Source of the DNA: an uncultured Clostridia bacterium
GTDB taxonomy: Bacteria > Bacillota > Clostridia > Oscillospirales > CAG-272
Assembly: GCA_904501985.1 (NCBI GenBank)
Contig: CAJGCT010000004.1
Coordinates: 3,629 to 67,628, forward strand
Reading direction: 5' to 3'
Length of the DNA stretch: 64,000 nucleotides
Shown here: in pieces, positions 20,588 to 31,300 of the stretch
How positions within the stretch are numbered: position 1 is the first letter of the stretch
Layout of the letters: every line of letters begins with the position of its first letter
Translations under genes and position numbers: made by a program
The notes under the pieces: generated by a model
The model's input: only the letters and a program-made list of their open reading frames with translations
What the model was told of the DNA's origin: nothing
Database searches by the model: none

Positions 20588-21146
20588 CGCTGTAGTCTCC
20601 TCTCACCATTATATAGGCGTCCTCAGAGGTTATCTGTATGCCGCGACCGTCGCCTCCGCGGGGAACAAGGAGCTGATTGAACAGCGGAATATCGGCGGCA
20701 TTGAGAAGCTCGCTTCCATCGGTAACATTGTTAAGACCGTTTACGGTTATGGACACAGCTATAGCGGAGCCGGAGCGAAGTATGATCTCGCAGGGAGTTT
20801 CGGCAAGCAGTTTAGCACCTTTTTTGAGGTACACTACCTCATACTGACCAAGGGCTGACTCAGAGGGCGTACCTATAGCGGCTTCAAGCTCGGAGACCTT
20901 GGCTTCGGAATCTTCAAGTGCATCGGTAAGGTCTGATACACTCTGAAGAAGCTCATTTACCGTCTCGGTAAGCTCATCTATCTTTTCATCGTAAGCCGGT
21001 GTTATGACCTCGTTTATGTAGGAGAGAGACACCAGCGGATCTTCCTCGGAGTTATATATTGCCTCATCACCCGAAACAAGCATGGGAAACACCGAAAGTG
21101 TTGTGGCAAATGCGGCGGAGAGCGCAAAAATTCTGATCTTTTTCAT
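20577..21146 (-). CDS. Secreted coiled-coil protein, function unknown
   Basis: Signal peptide MKKIRIFALSAAFATTLSVF. GAGGTG lies upstream of the ATG at 21146. An 11-nt overlap with the SpoIID-like gene. Confidence 0.65.
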   Translation of the reverse strand: MKKIRIFALSAAFATTLSVFPMLVSGDEAIYNSEEDPLVSLSYINEVITPAYDEKIDELTETVNELLQSVSDLTDALEDSEAKVSELEAAIGTPSESALGQYEVVYLKKGAKLLAETPCEIILRSGSAIAVSITVNGLNNVTDGSELLNAADIPLFNQLLVPRGGDGRGIQITSEDAYIMVRGDYSVVE

Positions 21147-21271
21147 ATTACACCTCGTTTTTACTGTTTTCGACATAAAAATACACATTATTATTGTACA
21201 ACATTACAGGCGAAATTGCAATAGCCGAGAATGAAAATATATGTGAATTTTATGAGGTAATTTATTCATAA

Positions 21272-21300
21272 TCAAAAAAGCCTCTCCCTTTGGGAGAGAC
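21272..21300 (-). terminator. Terminator of BNR paralog 1
   Basis: On the minus strand: GTCTCTCCC-AAA-GGGAGAGGC followed by TTTTTT. Confidence 0.75.
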
Positions 21301-21359
21301 TTTTAATTTGTGTAATTTTTCTATCGGTGTTTTATTGTGAAGCTTTTCAGTATTAAGAA

Positions 21360-23063
21360 TCAAACCGGAGGAAGCGGATTTGCTTTGAGGGCTGATTTCT
21401 TTATACTGTAAATATGCTGACGCTGTGCGTGATGGTACGGCTCGGGACCGTCTCCGCCCTGGAGATGCTCGGAACAACCGGCACCGCAGATAACGAAGTC
21501 TTTGGTAGTCTTAACAAAGGCATCAACTACATGACAAACGTGTGAGTTGAAAATATGGTTGCATTCCCAGCGCCAGATATCACCGAGGAACTCCCAATTC
21601 TTTCCATCGGTTGACTTTGCAAGGGAAAGGCGCGAACGGCTCATGGGATTACTTTTAGACATTGGTTTTGAGTATACCCACACCATGTAGTATGTTGTTT
21701 CGTTATCCGCATACGGGTCGCGGTAGAACTGCATTGAGGAGCGTGAACATACAAATTCCGGCATATGCACAAGCGGTCCCCAAGTAACGCCGCCGTCCTT
21801 TGATTCGGAGTAAACGATACAGCCGTAATCGTTCCAGGAATTATAAATTCTGAGCGTACCGTCGTCGCATTCGAGTATCTTGCATTCGCCGAACCACTGA
21901 ACATCGTTATCGGAATTTCCGCCGAAGCTCCAGGAATCGGTTTCAGATTTTGTCCAGGTCATACCGTTATCGTCGGAGTAATAAAATTCACAGAAAACAG
22001 AACGTCCGTCAACCTTTGTACCTATTGGCATAGATTCATAATTCTGGCAGTAGAATATTCTGCCGTTTGATATCTGTGTTATCTTGTCATTCATATTTCC
22101 GGCAATAGCACTTGTGTTGCCTTTGTATGGGGTTATGCAGATGCTTCCGCCCTCACGCCATGTTTTGCCGTCATCAGAGGACAGATCAGCGGATACATAT
22201 CGCTTGCCGTCGATCATCCTTTGAACGATTTTTATGAAATCACCGTTCCTGAGACGGAGGATGTTGGGATATCCGTGGGTGTTTGTCCACATTTCCCGTC
22301 TTTCCCATGTAACACCGTTGTTATGTGATTCAAATGTGGTTCCGTTGTGATGGGTATAGATAAGACTTCCGTCGTTCATCTCGAAAACGCTTCCGCCCTC
22401 GCGGTATACCTCATCGGGAAGCTTATTGTGCACAAGACCGCCAATAAGGGTGCCCTGATTTGACAAAAATGCAACATCCACGCTGTCAACAAATACAGTA
22501 AGTCTGTCAGCCGCCACTGCAACACGTCCGGGGGAAGAATGGGCAAGCTCCGCAGCTGTGAGTATCTTTTCGCCGTCAAGATATGCCGCAGCACCGTCTC
22601 CGTCCACCACAAACTCAATATCATGCCATGTGTCAGGCTCGATTCTGTAGTTTTCGGTACTAGCATATCTGAAAAGGGGATGGTCCTTACCCTCACTTGC
22701 CATAATCGCCCATGCGCCGCTCTTGTGATAATAACTGAGTCTCACATACGCCATGGGACTGTTATAACGTGCCACAAAAGATACAAAAGCATTGCTTTCG
22801 GCAGGATCGGTATACTTGAATCTTGCCTTGAAGCTTACATTTTTCTCAAAAATGTGAAGATATGTAAGCGCACCGTCATCATCCCCGACAGCGGTAAGGC
22901 AGCCGTCCTTCACGGTGAAGTTTTTTGTGCCATCCTCTTCGGTAAAATATCCTTTGTCACAGGAAAAATCGTCGGTATAGTGCATAGGGTTCGAAACATT
23001 GACCGGTTCGCCCCAGAATGACTTTGAGTTAATATTTAAATTGCTTGGTGCTCTCTTATCCAT
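21360..23063 (-). CDS. BNR/Asp-box propeller protein with N-terminal jelly-roll domain (paralog 1, no signal peptide)
   Basis: Asp-box repeats SHNNGVTW, SSDDGKTW, SDDNGMTW, SKDGGVTW, STDGKNW. The start is ambiguous (ATG 23063 preferred, ORF open to 23192). No hydrophobic N-terminus. Confidence 0.85.
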   Translation of the reverse strand: MDKRAPSNLNINSKSFWGEPVNVSNPMHYTDDFSCDKGYFTEEDGTKNFTVKDGCLTAVGDDDGALTYLHIFEKNVSFKARFKYTDPAESNAFVSFVARYNSPMAYVRLSYYHKSGAWAIMASEGKDHPLFRYASTENYRIEPDTWHDIEFVVDGDGAAAYLDGEKILTAAELAHSSPGRVAVAADRLTVFVDSVDVAFLSNQGTLIGGLVHNKLPDEVYREGGSVFEMNDGSLIYTHHNGTTFESHNNGVTWERREMWTNTHGYPNILRLRNGDFIKIVQRMIDGKRYVSADLSSDDGKTWREGGSICITPYKGNTSAIAGNMNDKITQISNGRIFYCQNYESMPIGTKVDGRSVFCEFYYSDDNGMTWTKSETDSWSFGGNSDNDVQWFGECKILECDDGTLRIYNSWNDYGCIVYSESKDGGVTWGPLVHMPEFVCSRSSMQFYRDPYADNETTYYMVWVYSKPMSKSNPMSRSRLSLAKSTDGKNWEFLGDIWRWECNHIFNSHVCHVVDAFVKTTKDFVICGAGCSEHLQGGDGPEPYHHAQRQHIYSIKKSALKANPLPPV

Positions 23064-23112
23064 AATTATTGTCGGTCCTTTCTTACGGTTGAATTTTTTG
23101 GTTATGTGTGCT

Positions 23113-23139
23113 GTTTTCCTCGGTGAAATACCCCTTGTC
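23113..23139 (-). pseudogene. Out-of-frame relic of the paralog motif DKGYFTEEN in the 5' leader of paralog 1
   Basis: The minus strand reads GAC AAG GGG TAT TTC ACC GAG GAA AAC, which is DKGYFTEEN, in a frame closed by stops on both sides. The intact motif lies about 170 nt downstream. Confidence 0.45.
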
Positions 23140-23216
23140 AGAGGAAAAATTATGTTGCCCTCTCGCCTCAAATTATTTGCCATGACCAGCATATATAGTC
23201 AGAATACAGCACAATT

Positions 23217-23245
23217 AGTATACCATAATATTCATACTCTGTCAA
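23217..23245 (-). promoter_or_regulatory. Sigma-A type promoter of paralog 1
   Basis: TTGACA, 17 nt, TATACT with TG at the extended -10 position. Confidence 0.6.
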
Positions 23246-23281
23246 CCTTTTTAGTTTGAAATATATAATTTTTTAAATATC

Positions 23282-23311
23282 AAACGGGAAGCCGATTGCG
23301 GCTTCCCGTTT
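23282..23311 (-). terminator. Terminator of paralog 2
   Basis: 12-bp stem AAACGGGAAGCC / GGCTTCCCGTTT, 22 nt past the stop. Confidence 0.75.
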
Positions 23312-23333
23312 AACTTAATATTTACTTTTTTAC

Positions 23334-26300
23334 TTAGCTCTCAGCATTGATTGTGCCTATCATCACAACCGCAACGCCGTCTTTAAGACTTCTCTCAAAG
23401 AACTTGCCGTATGCGTCGTTTTGACCGGGTTTACCAACAACGACAACCTGGGGAGCGTTGTGAAGAACTTTAAGTGTCGTTTCGGGTTTTTCACTGTAAC
23501 GCCAAATAGCAAGATCGCTCTGATTTACGACAACAAGATCTTTTACATTGTCGCTTGCGTCAATAACACTCTCGCCTTTCATTGTAAGGGTGAGATTTCC
23601 GTCGGAATCAAAGCTTGCGGCTGCATTTACAGTAAGAAGCTCGATATCGTATACGCTCTGAGGAATAGTCTCAAACACGATGTCACTGCCATCCGCAGCA
23701 AGCTTAACGCCGGCTTCTATGTAAGGCTTAACAAACGCTTTAATGCCGTTAAGGTTAGATGACGCAACAGAGCTGTAATCCGCATTGTCCACATTAAGTC
23801 CGCTGTCAATAGCGGTGTTGATAACAGCTGTAAGTGCTTTTGCATATTCCAAAATCTTAGCATTCGCCTCCGCTTTTGTAGCATCGGTTGCGCTTGCACT
23901 GTACAGCCTTGTTTGATACCACTTCCAATCGTCGTAATTTACAGTGCTACTGCTGTTGGTATCGGTAATGCCGTATTTAACATAGTTGCGGGAACCCCAG
24001 TACGATTTGTTGACCTTAGCGTTACGCCAATGGTTTGTGTTATTGTGAGAGGTGTTATCAAGTGTGCCGATAAGCTCATCCGTAACGTATGCTACGTTAT
24101 TCTCATCAACTCTGTATACACGGTTGGTATTCAATTTTACAGTGGAGTAAACCGGAACCTTTTCACCGGTTTCAAGCTCGACCGCGTAGTTGTCGTATCT
24201 GTAGTAGGATGCATTATCATTGCCGTAGATAGCAGCAGGGAGGCCTACTTCCGAAGCGGTTCCTACTTTTGGAGTCCTCGTAGAGCCGGAGGTGATAATG
24301 TATCTGTCATTTGACACGTTCGGGATGTACTTGATAAGCTCAATATCTCTATATTTGTCCCAATCTGCAAGGTGACGTGCAAAGAGTACGGAATCGAGAG
24401 GAGTTATAGCACCGTCGTCATTAAGATCGAAGGTTGTGAAATCGTACACTTCGTCATTGTAATCTGTCCAGCTTGCAAGATAGCGGTTGAATATCGTAAG
24501 ATCTTCAAGAGTTGCCTTGCCGTCCGAATTAGCGTCACCGTAATATACAATAGGAGGAAGCTCGGCACCAAGAGTGGACTTCTTGATGGAGTAAATGTGC
24601 TGTCTTTGCGAATGGTGGGAGCTGGATATAGCAGCATCTGTAGAAAGACCGATATTCTCCGAGATGCCGGATCCTACAATAACGTAGTCCTCTGTTACCT
24701 GTATAAAGGGGTCAACAACGTGATTTATATGTGCTCCAATCGCATAATTGGATTCCCAGCGCCAGATGTCACCGAGTATCTCCCACTCTTTACCGTCAGT
24801 TGACTTTGCAAGAGTGAGACGGGCGCGAGGCATAGTGCCGTCTATGGTATAGCCTTCAGCGTTTACCCATACCATGTAATAGGTGGTCGCATTATCAGCG
24901 TAGGGGTCACGGACAAACTGCATGGAAGAACGTGAGCAGGGGAAGTCCGTCATCTTTACAAGCGGACCAAAGTTCGCGCCGCCGTCGGTGGATTCGCTGT
25001 AAACGATACAGCCGTAATCGTTCCAGGAGTTGTACATACGGATAGTGCCGTCTTCACACTCAAGTATCTTGCATTCGCCGAAGTAGGTCTGATTTCCGTT
25101 GCCTTCAATCGTCCACGAATCTGTATTGGACTTAGTCCATGTGTCGCCGTGGTCGTCGGAATAGTAGAACTCGCAGAATACCTTTCTTCCGTCAACAGAA
25201 CCGCTGGTGGCTTCATAGCTCTGACTGTAGAAGATTCTGCCGTTTTTTGCAGATTGGAACAGCTTGTCGTTCATATTTACGGCAACTGCTGTTGTACTCT
25301 GATACTTACCACTGCAGATGGGATTTTTGCCTATGGTCCAGTTCTTGCCTTCGTCGTTCGATGTGGCGGAATACTTCTTGCCGTCGTCCCCGGTGATGAT
25401 CTGCATGAAATCGCCGTGATCCTGCCCATCTCTGGGGAGAAGGCGGATAACGTTCATGTAACCGTAAGATGTAGGGAAGCGGGGCTCTCTCTCAACCCAC
25501 GAAACGCCGTTATCATTTGAATAGAATCCGTAACCGTTCTGGTGGTGATATACCAGCGTGCCGTCGTTAAGCTCGTGCACGGTGCCGCCCTCGGTGTATG
25601 CATTTGTTTCAAGCTTAGTGTGAGCTACATTGGGGATAACAGTGCCCTCACCGCTGAGCATATAGATGTCGGCATTTTTTACACTCATAGCAACATCATC
25701 GGCGTATACTGCAATACGTCCGGGAGTCACATGAGTAAGGTCGTCCACATAAAGGATATCTTCTCCGTCAACAGAGAGGGTAGCAGTTGTGCCGTTAACG
25801 ATGAACTTGAGGCTGTACCATTCGCCGGGCTCAATCTCGACTTCTTCGGAAGAAGCGTGTCTTACTTTATAGAAGTCAGCGCCTTCACGGGAGGTTATGT
25901 GCCATTTCGAAGTTTCGAAGTCATAGCCTGCTTTTACGTAAGCGTCAGCCGAATTATAGCGGAGCATGAGACCCATGTCGCCGTCGCTGTCAGCGTCAGT
26001 GTACATAATATCCATGTTGTACTCAACATTTGGCTCAAAAGTATGGATGTAGGAAAGTGTTTTACCGTTGCCGTCGGAATTGTATGTGCCGTCCTCGAAA
26101 TGCCAATTGTCAGCGGCATTTTCCTCGGTCCAGAAGCCGTTGTCAAAGCCGAAACGGTCGTAGAATCTGTCGGGATCAGCAACTGTCTCGTCGTAAGCAT
26201 CCCAATCTTGCTTAACAAGTCTTGAGTACTCGTATTCAAGAGAAAAGTCTTCCGCTATAGATACGCTCTTTGGCTTTGCAAGAAGCTTTGCTCCCATGAA

Positions 26301-27941
26301 ATCTTCAACGATATGCTTCATGATCACCGCCGTTGACGGAGCGTGTGGGGAAGTTACAACAAACGTATCTCCATCCATGAATGCGAAGGCGGACTGATAC
26401 TCATCTTCGTCATTTTTCGAGTAGGACAGTTCGCGGTTGGAAACACCTACAAGAATCTCATAATCATCTTCAGGCGCAGAGTCGGTAACTATAGAAAGAG
26501 TTTCGCCGGTCAGAACTCTTACACTCGACACAAGCGTTTTTGCCGCTTCGACAACTTTTATGGGGGCATCTTCGGCGATAACTATCTGATAGTTTGTGAT
26601 ATCGTTTCCGTTAAGAGTTACAGTTGAAGAAGGAGCGGTATAAGTGAACGCATTCGCAGCCTCTTTTGAGGGGAAGAAATAGATAGCCTTTATACTGTAT
26701 GTAGCACCCTCAACGTTGGTGTTTGTAAACAGGGAACAGTGAGTAAGTGCGGTATAAGCACCTGTTGCCGAAAGTCTGCTGATAATACCGTCGGGCAGAT
26801 ATACGGTGTCAGTGAGAACGTAATTTCCGTTTGTATCTGTGACATTATTGGAAAGGCGAATAAGCTCTTTACTGTAGCCGTCGTTCAGCATATACATAGA
26901 AGCAGGCTCAGTGAAAGAGTCCGGGTGATCAGCGGCATAAAGCACACGCATAAATCGGTGATTACTGTTAATATAGTCGGTGCTTGTGAATTTCACCTTC
27001 GCCATGTACTTTATGGGGTAGCTCGTTTTACATGTGTAGTCTTCATAACCTTGCGCATTGGTTGATTTAGCATAGGTGATGTCAAGGTCACCGGTTTCAT
27101 CATTGATAGAATGAACGCCGTATTTAGTACCGTCAAGGGTAGTACCTGTGCCGACGATATCAAAGGTCATCGTTGAGAAATCAACCCCGTCGGGTAATTC
27201 ATAACTATTTTCGTAGTGATCATAAGCCTGCTCTTCAGAGCCAAAGAATCCGATTTCCTTGATATAAAATTCAGCATCGGTTGAATCGCTATTAAATGCA
27301 CGATATGCAATCATGCAGTGACCGCCATTAAGAAAACGGGCAAGTATATCGGATGATGAAATATCACGAGCATAGGAGCATACCCATTCACCCTGAGAAA
27401 CAGAGGTGTTATTAGCAAGAGTAACTGTATCTCCCGTGAGGTTGTTGGTTATAGTCAGGGTGCCGGGGAGTTCGTCTTTTGTCATATAAATTATACTGAT
27501 ATATTTATGGTCCTCAGTAAGCTCAACAGGCAGACTGTTGTCCGAGTTCTTTACGAATTTCGGCATAACGCGATACGATGGTAAAGAGTCGTATTCGTCG
27601 TATAAAAGCTGGAGAGCGGTAGATTCATCATCGTTGGCGTCTTTAACGCTCACAAACTTATACAGCTCCCCCTCTCCGCCTGTATCTTCGAAGAAGCTGT
27701 ATTTCTGAGGATCATTACGATCAAACCAACCACCGTCATTGTGCCAAGGATCCTCGTCAGTAAAGCTCATGATAACGGGTTCGGGAAGTGTGTCCGGAGT
27801 GGTGTCCTCGGTAAACGTATTATAAGGAACATATAATACATCCGGGGCAGTCGCAGATACGCTTACAGTCATTGAGATAGTCAAGACTACCGCAAGCATA
27901 GCTGAAACGACTGCAAAAATAGGTCTCAAAAATTTCTTCAT
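23334..27941 (-). CDS. Secreted multidomain BNR/Asp-box propeller protein with internal dockerin (paralog 2)
   Basis: Signal peptide. The ATG at 27941 has a GAGGAGA RBS. Contains two unknown N-terminal modules, an alpha/beta module, a jelly-roll, and a propeller (SNDNGVSW, SNDEGKNW, SDDHGDTW, STDGGANF, STDGKEW). Dockerin repeats GDANSDGKATLEDL and DLNDDGAITPLDSVLFARHL lie at about 24360-24545, followed by a C-terminal extension of roughly 340 aa. Confidence 0.9.
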   Translation of the reverse strand: MKKFLRPIFAVVSAMLAVVLTISMTVSVSATAPDVLYVPYNTFTEDTTPDTLPEPVIMSFTDEDPWHNDGGWFDRNDPQKYSFFEDTGGEGELYKFVSVKDANDDESTALQLLYDEYDSLPSYRVMPKFVKNSDNSLPVELTEDHKYISIIYMTKDELPGTLTITNNLTGDTVTLANNTSVSQGEWVCSYARDISSSDILARFLNGGHCMIAYRAFNSDSTDAEFYIKEIGFFGSEEQAYDHYENSYELPDGVDFSTMTFDIVGTGTTLDGTKYGVHSINDETGDLDITYAKSTNAQGYEDYTCKTSYPIKYMAKVKFTSTDYINSNHRFMRVLYAADHPDSFTEPASMYMLNDGYSKELIRLSNNVTDTNGNYVLTDTVYLPDGIISRLSATGAYTALTHCSLFTNTNVEGATYSIKAIYFFPSKEAANAFTYTAPSSTVTLNGNDITNYQIVIAEDAPIKVVEAAKTLVSSVRVLTGETLSIVTDSAPEDDYEILVGVSNRELSYSKNDEDEYQSAFAFMDGDTFVVTSPHAPSTAVIMKHIVEDFMGAKLLAKPKSVSIAEDFSLEYEYSRLVKQDWDAYDETVADPDRFYDRFGFDNGFWTEENAADNWHFEDGTYNSDGNGKTLSYIHTFEPNVEYNMDIMYTDADSDGDMGLMLRYNSADAYVKAGYDFETSKWHITSREGADFYKVRHASSEEVEIEPGEWYSLKFIVNGTTATLSVDGEDILYVDDLTHVTPGRIAVYADDVAMSVKNADIYMLSGEGTVIPNVAHTKLETNAYTEGGTVHELNDGTLVYHHQNGYGFYSNDNGVSWVEREPRFPTSYGYMNVIRLLPRDGQDHGDFMQIITGDDGKKYSATSNDEGKNWTIGKNPICSGKYQSTTAVAVNMNDKLFQSAKNGRIFYSQSYEATSGSVDGRKVFCEFYYSDDHGDTWTKSNTDSWTIEGNGNQTYFGECKILECEDGTIRMYNSWNDYGCIVYSESTDGGANFGPLVKMTDFPCSRSSMQFVRDPYADNATTYYMVWVNAEGYTIDGTMPRARLTLAKSTDGKEWEILGDIWRWESNYAIGAHINHVVDPFIQVTEDYVIVGSGISENIGLSTDAAISSSHHSQRQHIYSIKKSTLGAELPPIVYYGDANSDGKATLEDLTIFNRYLASWTDYNDEVYDFTTFDLNDDGAITPLDSVLFARHLADWDKYRDIELIKYIPNVSNDRYIITSGSTRTPKVGTASEVGLPAAIYGNDNASYYRYDNYAVELETGEKVPVYSTVKLNTNRVYRVDENNVAYVTDELIGTLDNTSHNNTNHWRNAKVNKSYWGSRNYVKYGITDTNSSSTVNYDDWKWYQTRLYSASATDATKAEANAKILEYAKALTAVINTAIDSGLNVDNADYSSVASSNLNGIKAFVKPYIEAGVKLAADGSDIVFETIPQSVYDIELLTVNAAASFDSDGNLTLTMKGESVIDASDNVKDLVVVNQSDLAIWRYSEKPETTLKVLHNAPQVVVVGKPGQNDAYGKFFERSLKDGVAVVMIGTINAES

Positions 27942-27986
27942 CTTAAAATTTCTCCTCATAAATTAAAGATTTGTACACCTAGGTTC

Positions 27987-28015
27987 ATTATAACATATTA
28001 TCAGTTTTTTGTCAA
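27987..28015 (-). promoter_or_regulatory. Consensus sigma-A promoter of paralog 2
   Basis: TTGACA, 17 nt, TATAAT. Confidence 0.7.
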
Positions 28016-28050
28016 TATACAATTCAAATTTGAACATAATTCAAAAATTA

Positions 28051-28272
28051 GATGCGCGCCGCCACGCGGTCGCGCCCACCACACAAACGATTACTGAAAC
28101 CCAAAGCCGCCGGAATGGTGAGGACCCATGCAGGCGGCGCGAGTATGGCGTACGAGCGATTCTGCATTCACGTTGCCTTAGCGGTAGGTGATTCCTTGTA
28201 TAAAGTTCTTTGCCAGGCTTTCTATGCACATCGCTATGCGATGTGCTCAAGAACAGCCGCGTGTCCTCTACA
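28051..28272 (-). repeat. Interspersed structured repeat, copy A (long form)
   Basis: Its reverse complement aligns base-for-base over most of its length with 36946-37165. Shared blocks include CCGCCGGAATGGTGAGGACCCATGCAGGCGGCGCGAGT and the hairpin GCACATCGC-NNN-GCGATGTGC. Confidence 0.85.
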
Positions 28273-28306
28273 CAAAAAAATAGCTCCCACACAAGGTAGG
28301 AGCTAT
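28273..28306 (-). terminator. Terminator of paralog 3
   Basis: On the minus strand: ATAGCTCC...GGAGCTAT followed by TTTTTTT. Confidence 0.8.
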
Positions 28307-28314
28307 TCTCATCA

Positions 28315-31300
28315 TTATTCGCCGTAAACGGTTACGTAGTTGTGGAACATGGTTGCAACGAGTGCACGGGATGCAGGAGCGGTGGGATTCAGCTTGCCGC
28401 CCTGACCTGCGTATACGCCGTTTTCGACTGCCCACTTAACGCCGTCTGCCGCCCAAGAGGATACAGACGCGCCGTCGGTGAAGTCTGCCACGGTCTTGCC
28501 GGATGCAGTCGCCGCGGACTTGGAGCCGTTGTAACGGGAGAGCATGAGGCAAATCTGCTCAACGGTAACTTCGCCGTTAACGCCGTAGAGACCGTTGCCA
28601 ATGCCGTTTACAACATTGTTTGCAGCCGCCCACTCAACGTAAGAGGTGTACCACTGACCTGCCACTACATCCTTGAATGTAGGTGTGGTGTACGCCGACA
28701 TATCAGCACCGTCAAGACGACCGAGAACGGTCACGAACATGGAGCGTGTCATGGTAGTGGAGGGAGAGAAGGTAGTTTCGGATGTGCCGTTGAAGAGACC
28801 CTTCTCGGTTACGAAGTTGATTGCGCTGTAGTAGGAGGTTCCCAGCGGAACATCAGTGAACTTGTTTATTGTTCTTGCAGCAGGAAGCGATGCCTTGGGA
28901 ATGGACCAAATGTGCTGACGCTGTTCGTTGTGGTAGTCAGAACCGAATTTCTCGGAAAGACCTGTGCCGCATACGATATAGTCCTCAGTTACATTGATGA
29001 AGGGGTCAACGATGTGAGAAATAGCAATACTGTTGCTGCCTCCGCGCCATCTGCACTCCCAACGCCAGATGTCACCGATGTAATCCCAATTCTGACCGTC
29101 AGTGGAGTATGCAAGAGAGAGTCTTGAACGCTTGGGAAGACCGTTCTGGTCAACGCCGTCATCATAGCACCAAAGCATGTAGTAGGTGGTGTCGGTAGGA
29201 CCGTAGGGGTCACGAACAAACTGCATACTGGAATGAGAGGACTTGAAGCCTTCAAGCTCTTTGAAAGGACCGAAGGTTACGCCACCGTCAGTGGATTCTG
29301 CATACATGATGTTTCCGAGAATGTTCCAAGAGCAGTATGCGCGAACAGTGCCGTCAGCACACTGAAGGAGCTTGTTCTCACCGAAGAACTTTTCGTCCTT
29401 CGCACCTTCAATCTCATGAGAACCGGTTTCGGAGCGGTTCCATGTAAGACCGTTGTCGTCGGAATAGTAGTATTCGCAGAATACCTTCTTGGTGAAGTCG
29501 TTGCCTCTGTTGTCATAGTTGAGACCGTAGAAAATTCTGTTGGTAGTACCGGACTGAGAGAACTTGTCGTTCATGTTTCCGCCGCCAACGCCCATTTCAG
29601 GGTGGATCACAGGGCAGATAACGCCGCCCTCGATCCAAGTCTTGGAATCGTTGGAGGAGAGCCTTGCAACAACATAGTCAACGCCGCCAACGCTCTTAGT
29701 GCCTGCCTGAATGAGCTGACCGTTGTTGAGTCTGAATACGTTCATGTAACCGTAGTTGTTGACCCAAAGGTCGGTGCGCTGCCATGTAGCACCGTTGTCA
29801 ATAGACTGGAATGCCGCATTTCTGTGGTTCTGATACTTCCATACGTTGTTATCCATGATAACTACAGAGCCGCCCTCACGGAACATTTCGTCGGGAAGTA
29901 CATGATGAACTACATCCTTGAAAATAGTACCCTCACCGGACATAAGCACTGCCTCAAAGTTGTCGGCAGATACCGAAACGCCGTCGGAATATACACCAAA
30001 GCGACCGGGAGTGATATGCTCAACTTCACACTCAACAACAACCGCACCGTTAACGGTGAATACAGCCTTCTTGCCGTTAAGTGTAAGATTAAGAACATAT
30101 TCGGTGTTAGGAGCAACTGTAGCAGCCGCGCTTCCTGCGCGGATAAGGCTAAGGTCAATACCTTCGCGGAAATCAACGTACCATTCACCGGTTCTGAAAT
30201 CATAGCCGGCTTTTACGTAACCGTCGGGAGAAACATAGCGTGCGATAAGACCCATGCTGCCTTTTTTAGCGGCGCTGGTGTAGGAAACAGTGGCAGTAAC
30301 GGATACGTTAGGCTCGTATACATGAACATAAGCTACAGAGTAATCACTGCCGCCATAAGTAAGTGCGCCGTTCTGGTATTTCCAGAGCTTTGCACCGTTT
30401 TCTTCGGTGAAGTAACCCTCATCATCGGTGAAATCTTCTGTAAATACTATAGGATCAGATACATTAACGGTATAAGGAGTGTTGTAAGCTTCGTAGGGGC
30501 TGTATTTTACAGCATTGCCGTAGAAACGTACTTTTCCCTCAACTTTGATTTCATCCGGAACGTCGGGCATTCCCATGTAGAGGAAGGACATGAGGAACTT
30601 TTCAGCAGCCACTTCGCAAGCCGCGGGAACATACGCGTTCAGAACTATCTTTTCATCTACGAGGTCGCCACAGTATACAGCGTAGCTTGCGCCGTCCGCC
30701 ATAAGCTCGTTAAGGTAAATACCGGAAGCCTTACGGTTTGTCGGACCTACGAGGATCTCGTACTTGCTCTCGTCCACATCATCGGTAACGATATGGAGAG
30801 TGTGACCGCTTACAGTGCTAACATATTTGGAAATAGAAGATGCTGCATCGTAAACGTAGCTGCTTGAATTTTCAGGGATAACTATCTTATACTTAGAAAT
30901 ATCGTTACCTGCGATAGTTACAGGACGGGTCTCTTTCACATAAACAAAATTGTCAGCCGCTTCCTTGGTGGGGAAGAGGAAGATACCCTTTATGGAGTAT
31001 TCGCCGCCATCTACAGCGGTAGTGGTATAGAACGAGAAGTGACCGCCCTTTGCAAAACGTGCAGGGAAGCTTGAGGGGAGAAGGAATGTTTCGGTCATTA
31101 CATATTCGCCGTTTGTGTCCTTAAGATCCTTGGAGATCGACAGGGGCGCTCCGCCTGCGTCATTCTTCATGTTGAACTCTGCGGTAGTAACACCGTCAGG
31201 ATGCTTTGCACTGTACAGAATGCGCATATAGGTGAAGTCAGTGTAATAGTCGCTGGGATCCTCGAATCTGATCTTCGCCATGTAGTGAACATTCTGGAAG

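Noticed and set aside
23064-23192. N-terminal extension of paralog 1 (MLVMANNLRREGN...).
   Set aside because: There is no RBS at 23192. The segment is basic and low-complexity and contains the out-of-frame motif relic. Homology to the other paralogs begins after the ATG at 23063. This is kept as an alternative only.
28052-28327. ORFs running through the interspersed repeat copies (28052-28327, 28041-28292, 36895-37122, 36880-37086, 37058-37249).
   Set aside because: The reading frames are not conserved between copies A and B. They cross terminator hairpins and lack an RBS. The DNA-level repeat explains the similarity.
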